DNA of 64,000 bases from Candidatus Methylacidiphilales bacterium (lineage in GTDB: Bacteria; Verrucomicrobiota; Verrucomicrobiia; Methylacidiphilales; UBA1321), in NCBI GenBank assembly GCA_965226715.1, contig CBDDEB010000004.1, positions 1,098,761 to 1,162,760 of the forward strand. The letters run 5' to 3'. The notes below the pieces were generated by a model, which saw only the letters and a program-made list of their open reading frames with translations, was not told where the DNA came from and did no database searches. The position numbers and the translations under genes were made by a program. The first letter of the stretch is position 1; every line of letters begins with the position of its first letter. Of the stretch, positions 18,689 to 28,556 are shown piece after piece.

Positions 18689-21214
18689 TCAACTCGAGGG
18701 CGTTAACGCCCTCACCTCGGCGGCGGTCTGGCAATGGAGGGCCGTGTGGGCGAGTCGTTGCAGGCCCGCCAGACTCTGCCGTCGCAGACACGCCTTGATG
18801 TGCGGAATTTTTGCGCTGGTCAGGCTGAGTTCCTGGACGCCCAGGCCGACGAAAACGGCCGCCGCCCTTTCATCGGAAGCAGCCTCTCCGCAAACCGCGA
18901 CGAGCCGGTCGTGCTTGCGCGCGCCGATCACCACCATTTCGATCAGCCGCAGGACGGCGGGATGGAGGGCGTCCTGATACGAAGCGAGCTCAGGATTACC
19001 CCGGTCGGCGGCCAGCGTGTATTGGGTCAGGTCGTTCGTGCCGATGCTGAAAAAGTCGGCCTGCGCCGCCATCGCCTCGGCCTGGATCGCGGCGGACGGG
19101 ATCTCAATCATGATGCCCGTCTTGAGCGGCCAGAGATGAGGCACCTTTTCCTTTTCCAGATCGCGATGGACCCGTTCCAGGCATTCCGTGGCGCGGTCGA
19201 GATCGGTAATGCTGGCGATCATGGGGAACATGATCCGAAAATCGTGTCCGAGTCCGGCACGGAGGATGGCCCGCAATTGGGTCGTGAATAATTCCTCGCG
19301 CGAAAAGCAGAGACGGATCGCCCGGACGCCCAGGAAGGGATTTTCCTCATGGGCCATCTGCAAGTAGGGCAGTTCCTTGTCGCCGCCGACATCGAGGGTG
19401 CGAACGATGAGCGGCTTTCCCTCCATTTTTCCGGCAATGGCGAGCAGCGCCTCTCTCTGCTCATCTTCCGAGGGGGCGGACTCGCGCTCGAGAAAAAGAA
19501 ACTCGGTGCGGAGAAGACCGACGCCTTCGGCCCCGGAATGGAGGGCGGCCTCCACTTCCGAAACGTCTCCGATATTGGCAAAAATTTCGATGGCGTGACC
19601 ATCGAGCGTGGCGGCAGGCAGGGTGCTGGACTCTTGCTCCTCCCGCTGGCGCTTCCGCGCTTCGGCCTGACGAACCTGGAGTTCAGCCAAAAAGTCAGTC
19701 TCGGGATTAAGCCAGATTTGGCCCGTGGAACCGTCGAAAGCGACTTCCGCCGGCCAGGTCACGTCGACTTCGGCAAAAAAGGACCGCGCTTGAACGATGG
19801 TGGGAATACCGAGGCTCTTCAGCAGGATTGAACTGTGGGCGGTGGGGCCGCCGTCAAGCAGGATGACTCCCCGTACCAGCAGGGGATTCAGCGCGGAGAC
19901 CTGAAACGGAGTCAGGGTATCGGCGATCAGGATACCCGCCTCGGCGAGCATCGGATTGGTCGATTTCTGCCCGACCAGCAACTCCAGGACCTGCCGTCCG
20001 ACATCTTCCAAATCGGCTGCGCGTTCCCGCAGGTAAGAATCGTGAAGCGATTGGTAACGGTCCAGGATCTGCCGGTTGACCCGGTCCCAAGCCCAGGCGG
20101 CATTCGCTCGCTCGTCCCGGATCAATTTGAGAGCGCCTTCGATCAAATCGGGATCCTGGAGGGCGAGGTTTTGCGCTTCATAGATTCCGGCGTTTGCCTC
20201 TCCGACGGCGGAACTCATCTGTCCGCGACGGCTTTCGAGAGCCTCCCGGGTTGTCGCCACGGCTTTTTTCAGCCGCTCCATTTCCGCCTCGACATCGTCG
20301 GTCTTATCCTGGGGAATCTCGAGCTTCGCCGCCTGAAAATAAATGCCTGGGCCGATGGCAATTCCCCCGGAAACGGGAATGGGACCGGCGGTTGTTTTTC
20401 GTGGCGTAACCGGTTGGACTCCGCGCGCGGCGACCTTGTTCCCATCGGTCGCGGAAGGCGGCGCATCGCCGAGGCCGCTTTCCACCAGCCGCGATATTTT
20501 TTGGAGAGCGCTCGAGGCGTCGTCTCCACAAGCCTCGACTTCGATCTCGTTGCCTTGAAGAATTTCCAGCGCCGCGAGGCTGCTCAGGCTTTTGACGGAG
20601 ACCGGTCCGCGTCGATTGGTCAGGTTACGGACCGTGATGTCGGAAAGGAAAGGCCGCGTCTCCGTGATCAGACGCGCGGCGGGACGCGCATGAAGGCCGT
20701 GAGCGTTCCGCACCGTCAACCGGACTTTCTCGCAATGTTTAGAGGAAGAATGGCCATTCAAACCGTTTTTGACCGGGGGGACTTTCACCTCGGTGGCGGG
20801 TTGGCTTGAGCCGAGAGCGACCTCCTTTTGCTTCAACGCGGCGAGCGCCTCGGCGCACACCTCCTCGAGCGAGGCGCCCAGGTTCGCCGTTACGCCCGAG
20901 GCCACCGCGCCCTCGACAAAAGGCGCGGCGCAAAACCGGATGTTGGCCCGCAACGGCTCATCGATCAAATCAAGGGCGGTCTCGGAACTGAGGATGGCAC
21001 TACCCATATCCATCAGCACCAGCACACCTTCCGGACCTCGGACCGCCACGATGGCCTCGGCGATTTCCACCGCGTCGGTGCCAAGTTCCGCATGGTTCTC
21101 ACCGGTGCCGGCGGCAATGGCGAGCGGCAAGGCGGGGCCCGTCATCGAGCGGACGAGCTCCTGCACCGACAAGGCAAGAGCCCGGCTATGTGAAACCAAA
21201 ACGATACCTACCAT
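18689..21214 (-). CDS. dhaM: Multiphosphoryl transfer protein: DhaM-type EIIA + HPr + full Enzyme I
   Basis: VLVSHS (EIIA His), GLHARPA (HPr His), GGPTAHSSIL (EI His), then GLLRTEF, DFFSIGTNDLTQY and VCGE of the PEP-binding domain. Follows dhaKL. Confidence 0.9.
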   Translation of the reverse strand: MVGIVLVSHSRALALSVQELVRSMTGPALPLAIAAGTGENHAELGTDAVEIAEAIVAVRGPEGVLVLMDMGSAILSSETALDLIDEPLRANIRFCAAPFVEGAVASGVTANLGASLEEVCAEALAALKQKEVALGSSQPATEVKVPPVKNGLNGHSSSKHCEKVRLTVRNAHGLHARPAARLITETRPFLSDITVRNLTNRRGPVSVKSLSSLAALEILQGNEIEVEACGDDASSALQKISRLVESGLGDAPPSATDGNKVAARGVQPVTPRKTTAGPIPVSGGIAIGPGIYFQAAKLEIPQDKTDDVEAEMERLKKAVATTREALESRRGQMSSAVGEANAGIYEAQNLALQDPDLIEGALKLIRDERANAAWAWDRVNRQILDRYQSLHDSYLRERAADLEDVGRQVLELLVGQKSTNPMLAEAGILIADTLTPFQVSALNPLLVRGVILLDGGPTAHSSILLKSLGIPTIVQARSFFAEVDVTWPAEVAFDGSTGQIWLNPETDFLAELQVRQAEARKRQREEQESSTLPAATLDGHAIEIFANIGDVSEVEAALHSGAEGVGLLRTEFLFLERESAPSEDEQREALLAIAGKMEGKPLIVRTLDVGGDKELPYLQMAHEENPFLGVRAIRLCFSREELFTTQLRAILRAGLGHDFRIMFPMIASITDLDRATECLERVHRDLEKEKVPHLWPLKTGIMIEIPSAAIQAEAMAAQADFFSIGTNDLTQYTLAADRGNPELASYQDALHPAVLRLIEMVVIGARKHDRLVAVCGEAASDERAAAVFVGLGVQELSLTSAKIPHIKACLRRQSLAGLQRLAHTALHCQTAAEVRALTPSS

Positions 21215-21226
21215 ACGAAATCTTTT

Positions 21227-21880
21227 CTATGCTGCGGGAGAATGAATCGCCTGCTGAAGAGCCTCGAGCAACAAAACGGAGGAAGCGGCGCCCGGATCGA
21301 GATGCCCGGCGCTGCGCTCGCCCAGGTAACTGGCCCGCCCCTTTTTGGCCACGAGCGGAATAGTCGAATCGGCCCCCTTCTTGGCAGCGATCACAGCCCG
21401 GTCGACGGCGGCGGAAAGCGAGTCGTGCTCGATAGGCTTCAGAGCCTCGAGCGCGGGCGCGAGCGCATCGACCATGGTCTTTTCACCCACCACGGCCTTG
21501 CCACGCTTCATCAAGCCCTGTAGCCCCGCCCCAAAAACGGAAACGAAATCCTGCTGCGTGAGCGACATCTTTCCGTTGGCGCCGCCAGCCGCCTGCAAAA
21601 AGAACGTGCCGTAGAGCGGACCGCTCGCGCCGCCGACGGTGGAGATCAGCGTCATGGCGACCGTCTTGAAGATGGCGCCGAGGTCGTTGTCCTTGAGACC
21701 GGCCAGCTTGCCGCGCACGCCGGTGAACCCGCGGGCCATGTTCGCGCCATGGTCGGCATCGCCGATGGCGGAGTCGAGTTGCGTCAGTTCGTCCTGGTGT
21801 TGCTCATAAGTCTCCGCGCAATTCTCCATCCAGTTCAGCACCGTTTCGACGCCGAGAGAATTTGCGGTCATGGTTTCCAC
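21227..21880 (-). CDS. dhaL: Dihydroxyacetone kinase ADP-binding subunit
   Basis: Motifs [30 protein letters not shown] and GRASYLGERSAGHLDPGA. Start may be ATG 21871. Confidence 0.93.
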   Translation of the reverse strand: METMTANSLGVETVLNWMENCAETYEQHQDELTQLDSAIGDADHGANMARGFTGVRGKLAGLKDNDLGAIFKTVAMTLISTVGGASGPLYGTFFLQAAGGANGKMSLTQQDFVSVFGAGLQGLMKRGKAVVGEKTMVDALAPALEALKPIEHDSLSAAVDRAVIAAKKGADSTIPLVAKKGRASYLGERSAGHLDPGAASSVLLLEALQQAIHSPAA

Positions 21881-22882
21881 CTATACGCCCCACCTGAGCG
21901 CGGGAGTGTGCACGGGCGCGTCCCAAAGTTTGGTCAATTGCGAATCGAGCTTCAGCAAAGTGATCGAGGTACCGGCCATTTCGAGACTGGTGATATAGGA
22001 GCCCACAAAATTTCGCGTGATTTTTAAACCGGCTTTCCGGGCGATTTCGGCGGCCTTCCGGTAAACGATGTAGAGCTCGATGAGGGGCGTGCCGCCCAGC
22101 CCATTCACGAACATGAGCACCTCGTCGCCCGGGCGAAAGGGGAGGTCGGAAAGGACCGGCTCCATCAGCAGCTCGACGATTTCGTCGGCGGGCCTCAGCT
22201 TCATCCGTTTGCGCCCCGGCTCGCCGTGGATGCCGACCCCGACCTCCATTTCGTCCTCTGGCAGGGCGAAGGTGGGCCGGCCGACATGCGGAACGGTGCA
22301 GGAAGTCAGGGCCATGCCCATGCTGCGGCCCTGGGCGTTCACTTTTTTACAAAGGTCACGCACCTCGGCGAGCGATTGCCCGGCTTCGGCGGCCGCTCCG
22401 CAAATCTTTTCGGCCAGAATCGTCGCCCCGACGCCCCGACGCCCCGCCGTCCAGGTGCTGTCCTTGACGGCGACATCATCGTCGATGACCACGCTTTCGA
22501 GCTGCAAGCCGTCGGCCCGCGCCATCTCGGCGGCCAGCTCGAAATTCATCACGTCGCCCGTGTAATTCTTCACGATGTGCAGCGTCCCCTTCCCCCCATC
22601 GACCGCCTTGGTCGCAGCCAGCATCTGGTCCGGCGTAGGGCTGGTGAAAACCGCGCCCGGACAGGCCGCGTCGAGCATGCCCTTGCCGACAAATCCACCA
22701 TGCATCGGCTCATGGCCGCTCCCGCCCCCGGAGATGACGGCCACCTTGTTCTTCACCGGCGCATCCGCACGGACAATGAAGTTGGGATCAAATTGGACCT
22801 TCACCAAATCGCCATGCGCCGCGGCAAATCCGTGCAACGCCTCGGTGACGACATTTTCGGGAGAATTGATGAGTTTTTTCAT
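21881..22882 (-). CDS. dhaK: Dihydroxyacetone kinase DHA-binding subunit
   Basis: Motifs [21 protein letters not shown] and GIHGEPG. Confidence 0.95.
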   Translation of the reverse strand: MKKLINSPENVVTEALHGFAAAHGDLVKVQFDPNFIVRADAPVKNKVAVISGGGSGHEPMHGGFVGKGMLDAACPGAVFTSPTPDQMLAATKAVDGGKGTLHIVKNYTGDVMNFELAAEMARADGLQLESVVIDDDVAVKDSTWTAGRRGVGATILAEKICGAAAEAGQSLAEVRDLCKKVNAQGRSMGMALTSCTVPHVGRPTFALPEDEMEVGVGIHGEPGRKRMKLRPADEIVELLMEPVLSDLPFRPGDEVLMFVNGLGGTPLIELYIVYRKAAEIARKAGLKITRNFVGSYITSLEMAGTSITLLKLDSQLTKLWDAPVHTPALRWGV

Positions 22883-23739
22883 ACATTTTTACCCACCAAT
22901 TCGTCGTGTTCGTGATGAGAGGCGTCCATGCCTTCTCCGCGTTGTTCGGGGTCCTGGCTGAGCTTATGCGCCTGGACAAGGGCCCGGCCGATAAAGAAAT
23001 CGTAGGCCAGGGCGCCGAGAACGCCTCCCACGAGTGGGCCCAGCACGGGAGGCAGCCAATGCATGGTACCGTCGGTCAGGCCGTTGTTTTTGAATCCGGC
23101 AAAAACCGAGAAGAGGCGCGGTCCCAAATCGCGGGCGGGATTGATCGCGTATCCGTTCATGCCGCCAAACGAGATGCCGACCGCGACGACGATCAGGCCG
23201 ATAATGAAGGGCGCGAGATTGGAGCCGGGCAGCGCATTGAGTTTGTCCACCACGGCAAGGATCAACCCCAAAAGCAACGCGGTGCCCACGACCTGATCAA
23301 AGAATCCGGGCCAGAATCCCTCGACAGCCGGAAACGTGGAAAAGACCCACTGGGTGTTTTCGAAGGCCGGATCAACCATGATCCATTTCGGGTAGTAGAC
23401 CGCAAACATCAAGCCCGCGCCGGCGAACGCACCGAGAAACTGCGCCAGCACGTAATGGGGAAGCTTCGACCACGGCATGCGTTTGGTCACGCACATCGCA
23501 AGAGTCACTGCCGGGTTCAAGTGGGCCCCGCTGATGGTTCCCGCGATGTAGATGCCAAACGTCACCGCCAGGCCCCACCCCAGCGTGATGTTCGTGTAAC
23601 CGCCTTTTACCACCTCTCCCGGTATGGGCGGATTGTGACCGAAGAGCGCGACCATCGCAACGCAACCGCAACCGAACAAGATCAGCACCATCGTGCCGAA
23701 AAACTCCGCCATGAACTCCTGACCTTTGGTGAATTTCAT
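22879..23739 (-). CDS. glpF: Aquaglyceroporin (glycerol facilitator)
   Basis: [10 protein letters not shown] and [13 protein letters not shown] (NPA/NPARD signature). Start at ATG 23739. Confidence 0.92.
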   Translation of the reverse strand: MKFTKGQEFMAEFFGTMVLILFGCGCVAMVALFGHNPPIPGEVVKGGYTNITLGWGLAVTFGIYIAGTISGAHLNPAVTLAMCVTKRMPWSKLPHYVLAQFLGAFAGAGLMFAVYYPKWIMVDPAFENTQWVFSTFPAVEGFWPGFFDQVVGTALLLGLILAVVDKLNALPGSNLAPFIIGLIVVAVGISFGGMNGYAINPARDLGPRLFSVFAGFKNNGLTDGTMHWLPPVLGPLVGGVLGALAYDFFIGRALVQAHKLSQDPEQRGEGMDASHHEHDELVGKNV

Positions 23740-23767
23740 ATGGTTTCTTTCGCTGTGATTGGAGATT

Positions 23768-25105
23768 TTAGAACCTGACAATGGTGCGCAGCCCGAGCAC
23801 GAGAATATCGTCGTGACTGCTGTCGCCGCCCGGATCGAAGATGTATTGGGCGTCGGGTTGGATCGAAAGCCACGGCGCGGGGTTGTATTGGTAATCGAGT
23901 TCTACGGTCGTTTCACCGCCGAGCCCTGGTCCACCTCCATTTTCATTGGCCTGGCTGAAGGCATTGCCGTTGTCGGAATAAATCAGGCCGAAGCCGACCT
24001 TATCGTCGTCACGGCCAGGGATCAGGCCGGTGTAGCGGCCGCCGGTGGTGAACTCATACTGGAGCGGATTGCGGTCGCCCGGTTCGCCGACAAACTCAAA
24101 GAGAAGATCGAGCCCCTTTTTGGTATCGATTTTTCCGTCCATGCCCAGGGGCCGATAGACCGTCTTTTCCACGACCGCGTAAGCGTTGTAATCATGACCG
24201 TAGGGCTGGTTGGTGGCGGGATTAACGTAGGCGAAGCCGGAGTTCCAGTTCGCACCGACCTTGTAGACTCCGTCGTAAATGGTCTTTTGTTCCTTGTAAC
24301 CAAGTTCCACGGAACCCGTGATGCCGTGATCGAAATCGTCGACGTAATCGACGCCGTTCGAGTCGGGGTGGTAAGGATTGTCGTAGCCGGTGAAAACGCC
24401 GGTCTTGGCGTAGAGACCCGGCGTCAGATCGGAGAGATCGCCCCAGAGGACAACCCCCGGTTTGCTCGCGGGGCTGAAAGGCTGCTTCGTGTTGAAGATG
24501 GCATTCGGCGCATAGCCAAGTTCATCGTTGAAGAGGATGTCGAAAAAGTCGGTCGCGCCGAATTCGTTGACCGCGGCCACCTGGCCCACCTTGATTTTGA
24601 ACATGTTGTCGAAAAACCCCTGCTGGTACCAAAATTGGTCGATACGCACGCTGTTGGGACCGGCGATGCTGCTGGTGAGCGTGTTCGTATGGAGATACTG
24701 CGCGGAAAGGTTCTGGCCATATTGCCAGATCGGCGAGAAGAACAATTCTCCGTCGAAACCGGAGAGCCTGTTGAAATCAATATCCGTCGTGGCCCGGAAG
24801 CGGCCGAAATAAGTCAGGTGATGCTCCTGGCCACCGGTCACATCAGTCAGAAAATCGCCGATGTTATTGAAGTCAAAGCTCACGCCCTCCTTCTCCAACG
24901 CCGTCCTCTCGCCGCCCCAGTCGCCCAGCATGTATTGCTGGTCCCAGAACGATGGTTGAGCTTTGTCGACAACGGGGGTGATTTCCTTTTCGTCGGTGCT
25001 CGCGCGCGCGGTGAAGCCGGCGCCAATCAACAGAATCATGGCGGTGACGAGAAGCGCCTGGGTCACCTGGGGTGCGTAGACAAGCAACGGTACTTTCGAT
25101 TTCAT
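23768..25105 (-). CDS. oprB: Carbohydrate-selective porin, OprB family
   Basis: Motifs LGDWGGERTAL and SIQPDAQYIFDPGG. C-terminal Phe (LRTIVRF) and a signal peptide. Confidence 0.85.
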   Translation of the reverse strand: MKSKVPLLVYAPQVTQALLVTAMILLIGAGFTARASTDEKEITPVVDKAQPSFWDQQYMLGDWGGERTALEKEGVSFDFNNIGDFLTDVTGGQEHHLTYFGRFRATTDIDFNRLSGFDGELFFSPIWQYGQNLSAQYLHTNTLTSSIAGPNSVRIDQFWYQQGFFDNMFKIKVGQVAAVNEFGATDFFDILFNDELGYAPNAIFNTKQPFSPASKPGVVLWGDLSDLTPGLYAKTGVFTGYDNPYHPDSNGVDYVDDFDHGITGSVELGYKEQKTIYDGVYKVGANWNSGFAYVNPATNQPYGHDYNAYAVVEKTVYRPLGMDGKIDTKKGLDLLFEFVGEPGDRNPLQYEFTTGGRYTGLIPGRDDDKVGFGLIYSDNGNAFSQANENGGGPGLGGETTVELDYQYNPAPWLSIQPDAQYIFDPGGDSSHDDILVLGLRTIVRF

Positions 25106-25154
25106 TCGTTTGACTCCTGGGGTTGTTTTTTGAAAGGTCGGATTGAGCGAAGGT

Positions 25155-26636
25155 CTAAGTGGCTTCCTCCCACGTCTTGGCCCGTTCGAGCGCCTTGTTC
25201 CACGATGCGCGGAGCTTGTCTCGTTTGTCCGACTTCATGGCCGGCTCGAACGTATGGTCCACTTTCCATTGTTTGGCGATTTCGGCCTGGTTGCGCCAGA
25301 AACCGACGGCCAACCCGGCCAGGTAAGCCGCTCCCAGCGCGGTCGTCTCCTGGATCGCCGGACGTACGACCGGAACACCCAGCAAATCAGCCTGGAATTG
25401 CATGAGCAGATTATTCGCGCAGGCCCCGCCATCCACGCGCAGTTCCTTCAGCTTGATTTTCGAATCGGCTTCCATGGCCGAAAGAACATCGGCCACCTGG
25501 AAGGCGATGCCCTCCAGCGCGGCCCGGGCAATGTGGGCCGCCGTCGACCCGCGCGTCAGCCCCGAGATCGATCCCCGGGCATATTGGTCCCAGTGGGGAG
25601 CGCCCAACCCGGCGAAAGCGGGCACCAGGAAAACGCCGCCGTTGTCGGGCACGCTCGCGGCCAGCTTCTCGACATCGGCCGAATGCTTGATGATGCCGAG
25701 TCCGTCCCGCAGCCATTGCACCACGGCCCCGGCGATGAAGATGCTGCCTTCGAGCGCGTATTCGAGCTTGTCGCCCACACCCCAAGCCACGGTGGTCAGC
25801 AGATTGTTCTTCGACGTGACGGGGTCCGTTCCCGTATTCATGAGCATGAAACAGCCCGTACCGTAGGTATTTTTCACCATGCCCGGCTTATGGCACGCCT
25901 GGCCAAAAAGGGCCGCCTGCTGGTCCCCGCCGATACCGGCAATGGGAACGCCAAGATTCTCGGCCTCGCCGTAAACCTCGCTCGATTTCGCGACCCGGGG
26001 CAGGACGGAGCGCGGCACTTTCAGGATCTTGAGGAGCTCGTCGTCCCACTCGCCGGTCCGGATATTATAAAGCATAGTCCGGGAGGCGTTGGAGGGATCG
26101 GTGACGTGGACTTTGCCGCCGGTCAGCTTCCAGATCAGCCACGAATCGACGGTGCCAAAAGCCAGCTTTCCTTTTTCCGCGTCGGCCCGCGCGCCCGGAA
26201 CGTGGTCGAGAATCCAGCGCAGTTTGCTCCCGGAAAAATAGGCGTCGATGACCAAGCCGGTCTTTTTCTGGATCAACCCTTCCAATCCGTCGCGCTTCAT
26301 CTGGTCGCAGAAACCGGCGGTGCGGCGATCCTGCCAGACGATGGCATGCCCGACCGGTTCGCTCGTCTCCCGGTTCCAGACAACGGTCGTTTCGCGCTGG
26401 TTGGTGATCCCAATGGCGGCAATGTCCTTCGGTTGCAGTTTCGCCTTGGTCACGGCCTCGGCCGCCACGCCATACTGGGTGGCCCAGATTTCGTTGGCGT
26501 CATGTTCCACCCAACCCGGCTGCGGGAAGTATTGCTTGAATTCCTTTTGGGCCACAGCGCGGATGGTGCCGGCGTGGTCAAAAATAATGGCGCGGGAACT
26601 GGTGGTGCCTTGATCGAAGGCCAGGATATATTTCAT
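25155..26636 (-). CDS. glpK: Glycerol kinase
   Basis: Motifs [28 protein letters not shown] and YALEGS. Confidence 0.97.
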   Translation of the reverse strand: MKYILAFDQGTTSSRAIIFDHAGTIRAVAQKEFKQYFPQPGWVEHDANEIWATQYGVAAEAVTKAKLQPKDIAAIGITNQRETTVVWNRETSEPVGHAIVWQDRRTAGFCDQMKRDGLEGLIQKKTGLVIDAYFSGSKLRWILDHVPGARADAEKGKLAFGTVDSWLIWKLTGGKVHVTDPSNASRTMLYNIRTGEWDDELLKILKVPRSVLPRVAKSSEVYGEAENLGVPIAGIGGDQQAALFGQACHKPGMVKNTYGTGCFMLMNTGTDPVTSKNNLLTTVAWGVGDKLEYALEGSIFIAGAVVQWLRDGLGIIKHSADVEKLAASVPDNGGVFLVPAFAGLGAPHWDQYARGSISGLTRGSTAAHIARAALEGIAFQVADVLSAMEADSKIKLKELRVDGGACANNLLMQFQADLLGVPVVRPAIQETTALGAAYLAGLAVGFWRNQAEIAKQWKVDHTFEPAMKSDKRDKLRASWNKALERAKTWEEAT

Positions 26637-27358
26637 AGGAGTAGGGGGTTCTGAGCGTGGGACAGCGACGGCGTGGAGGGAGACGAAACGGCCTCGGCCA
26701 GGGATTCAAAAAGGAAAGCGGCGGAGGTGGCGCCGGGGTCCTGGGTTCCCGCGCTGCGCTCGCCGATGTAACTGGCGCGTCCTTTCCTGGCGATCATCGG
26801 AGTGGTCCCCTCCGCCGCTAGGCGGGCGGCTTTTCGGCACGCCTTCAGCGCTTCCGGAAGCGCCTCATAATGGGTGCATGAAGCGCGGAGCGAGTGGACC
26901 GCCGCGGCCAGGGTATCGACCATCGTCTTGTCTCCCACCGCGGCCTTTCCCAGCTGCACCACGCCCCGATAACCGGCCTCCATCGCCGAGGTCAGGTCGC
27001 CCAGGCCCAGTGCCAATTTATGCAGGGTGGCATGAGAACTTTGCAGGAAAAATGCTCCATAGAGAGGACCGCTGGCGCCGCCCACCGACGACATCAGCGT
27101 CATCGAGATGACCCGCAATTGTCCGGAAAGATCGGCCAGCGCCAGGGCGTCGAGCTTTTCCGTGACGGCGTTCATCCCGCGCCGCATGTTGACGCCGTGG
27201 TCCCCATCGCCGATGGCGGCATCGAGATCAGTCAGAAGCGGTTCCGACTCCTGAATGGTGGCAGCAAAAAGGGTCATCCATTGGCGCAGGGCGTCGCCTC
27301 TAACCCTCACCTGAAAATCGGGACTCAGACGGCGTGAGCTTTTGTTCGGGCTATTCAT
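26633..27358 (-). CDS. Second DhaL paralog (first gene of the operon)
   Basis: Motifs [28 protein letters not shown] and [18 protein letters not shown]. Start taken at ATG 27358; stop overlaps the glpK start. Confidence 0.85.
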   Translation of the reverse strand: MNSPNKSSRRLSPDFQVRVRGDALRQWMTLFAATIQESEPLLTDLDAAIGDGDHGVNMRRGMNAVTEKLDALALADLSGQLRVISMTLMSSVGGASGPLYGAFFLQSSHATLHKLALGLGDLTSAMEAGYRGVVQLGKAAVGDKTMVDTLAAAVHSLRASCTHYEALPEALKACRKAARLAAEGTTPMIARKGRASYIGERSAGTQDPGATSAAFLFESLAEAVSSPSTPSLSHAQNPLLL

Positions 27359-27557
27359 AAAAAACCTAGCAACCGACTTCGCCAACCAGTCCCCGCCGCG
27401 CACAGGCGTAAAGAGAGACTCTGAAACCTCTAGGACGCCCTCAAGATTCACTTTTCAAAGGAGCCTTGAGTTACAGCATTAAATGTCTACACTCGAATCG
27501 CCGCTTAGGCAAACGGACAGGAAGTAAAAATACTTTGATTTTTTATAAAAAACCTAG
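27357..27557. promoter_or_regulatory. Divergent promoter region bracketed by identical 13-bp direct repeats ATAAAAAACCTAG
   Basis: Copies at 27357-27369 and 27545-27557, adjacent to the dhaL2 and araC-family start codons. Confidence 0.5.
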
Positions 27558-27559
27558 AT

Positions 27560-28513
27560 ATGCCTCGAGCCCGAACATCCCGTTCCTTCAAGCGCGATCT
27601 GAGCACGTTGTGCGAACAAGTCTTACGGAATCAGCTTCGTCATGCTGACGAGATGAGCACCCGGCTCCACGTTCCGCAATTGAGGGACCACGTCATGGAG
27701 CATTCAGGCCTCCATTTTCACTTTAATCCGGATCTCATCATTGGACTCAAGGGAGCGAGCCGTTTTGAATTCATCCAGGAAAGGTTTGTCGTGGAAGCCG
27801 GCAGCATGGCGATCATTCCGGGCGGCATTCCCCATCGCGAAATTGTCCTGGAAAAGGAGGGCGAGCTTTTTGAAAATCTCGCCATCAGCGTCTATAACGA
27901 AACGGTCAGCGTTCAACTTCAGGCCCATGCCGGGGACGGCAAGGCCGCCGCCACGATCACGGAGTATTATGATACGGCCAAGTATCAGCAACTCGCCCAG
28001 TACCTGGAGGAAATCGCCGAGCTCAGTCACAGCGGCGATCCGGGCCATCGCCTGGGAATCAAGGGGCTGCTGCTGATCTATCTCAGCACTCTCGAAACGG
28101 CCATTCGCCGGGTCCGCTCCTCGCCTCCGGTGGAAAAGCTGAAGATTTCGCAAACCAAGCGGCTCGTGCAGGAGCATCTTGGCAATTCCCGCCTCGGAGT
28201 CGGGTTCCTCGCCCGCCTGCTTCATTGCTCGAGCGACTATCTGTCGAATCTTTTCCGTCGCGAAACGGGCCAACGACTCGCCACCCACATCAATCTGGAA
28301 CGGATCCGCGCCGCGATGACCATGCTGCGCACCACGCCCCTCACTATCGCTGAAGTCGCCTACGGGACCGGGTTCGAATCGCAAGGCTACTTCAGCCGCG
28401 TCTTCAAGCAAATCGCGCTCAAGAGTCCCCTCGAATACCGGCGCTCGATAGAACATTCCGTGGTGGAATTGGAAGGTCGGCCGCGAACCATTTACGCGCC
28501 GCCGATTGGATAA
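27560..28513 (+). CDS. AraC-family transcriptional regulator
   Basis: N-terminal cupin (HFHFNP...PHRE) and C-terminal double HTH (YLSNLFRRETG; IAEVAYGTGFESQGYFSRVFK). Confidence 0.92.
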   Translation: MPRARTSRSFKRDLSTLCEQVLRNQLRHADEMSTRLHVPQLRDHVMEHSGLHFHFNPDLIIGLKGASRFEFIQERFVVEAGSMAIIPGGIPHREIVLEKEGELFENLAISVYNETVSVQLQAHAGDGKAAATITEYYDTAKYQQLAQYLEEIAELSHSGDPGHRLGIKGLLLIYLSTLETAIRRVRSSPPVEKLKISQTKRLVQEHLGNSRLGVGFLARLLHCSSDYLSNLFRRETGQRLATHINLERIRAAMTMLRTTPLTIAEVAYGTGFESQGYFSRVFKQIALKSPLEYRRSIEHSVVELEGRPRTIYAPPIG

Positions 28514-28556
28514 TTTCCAAACCTGGAGTAATTTCTGGAAAGGTCGCCTCCCCCCT

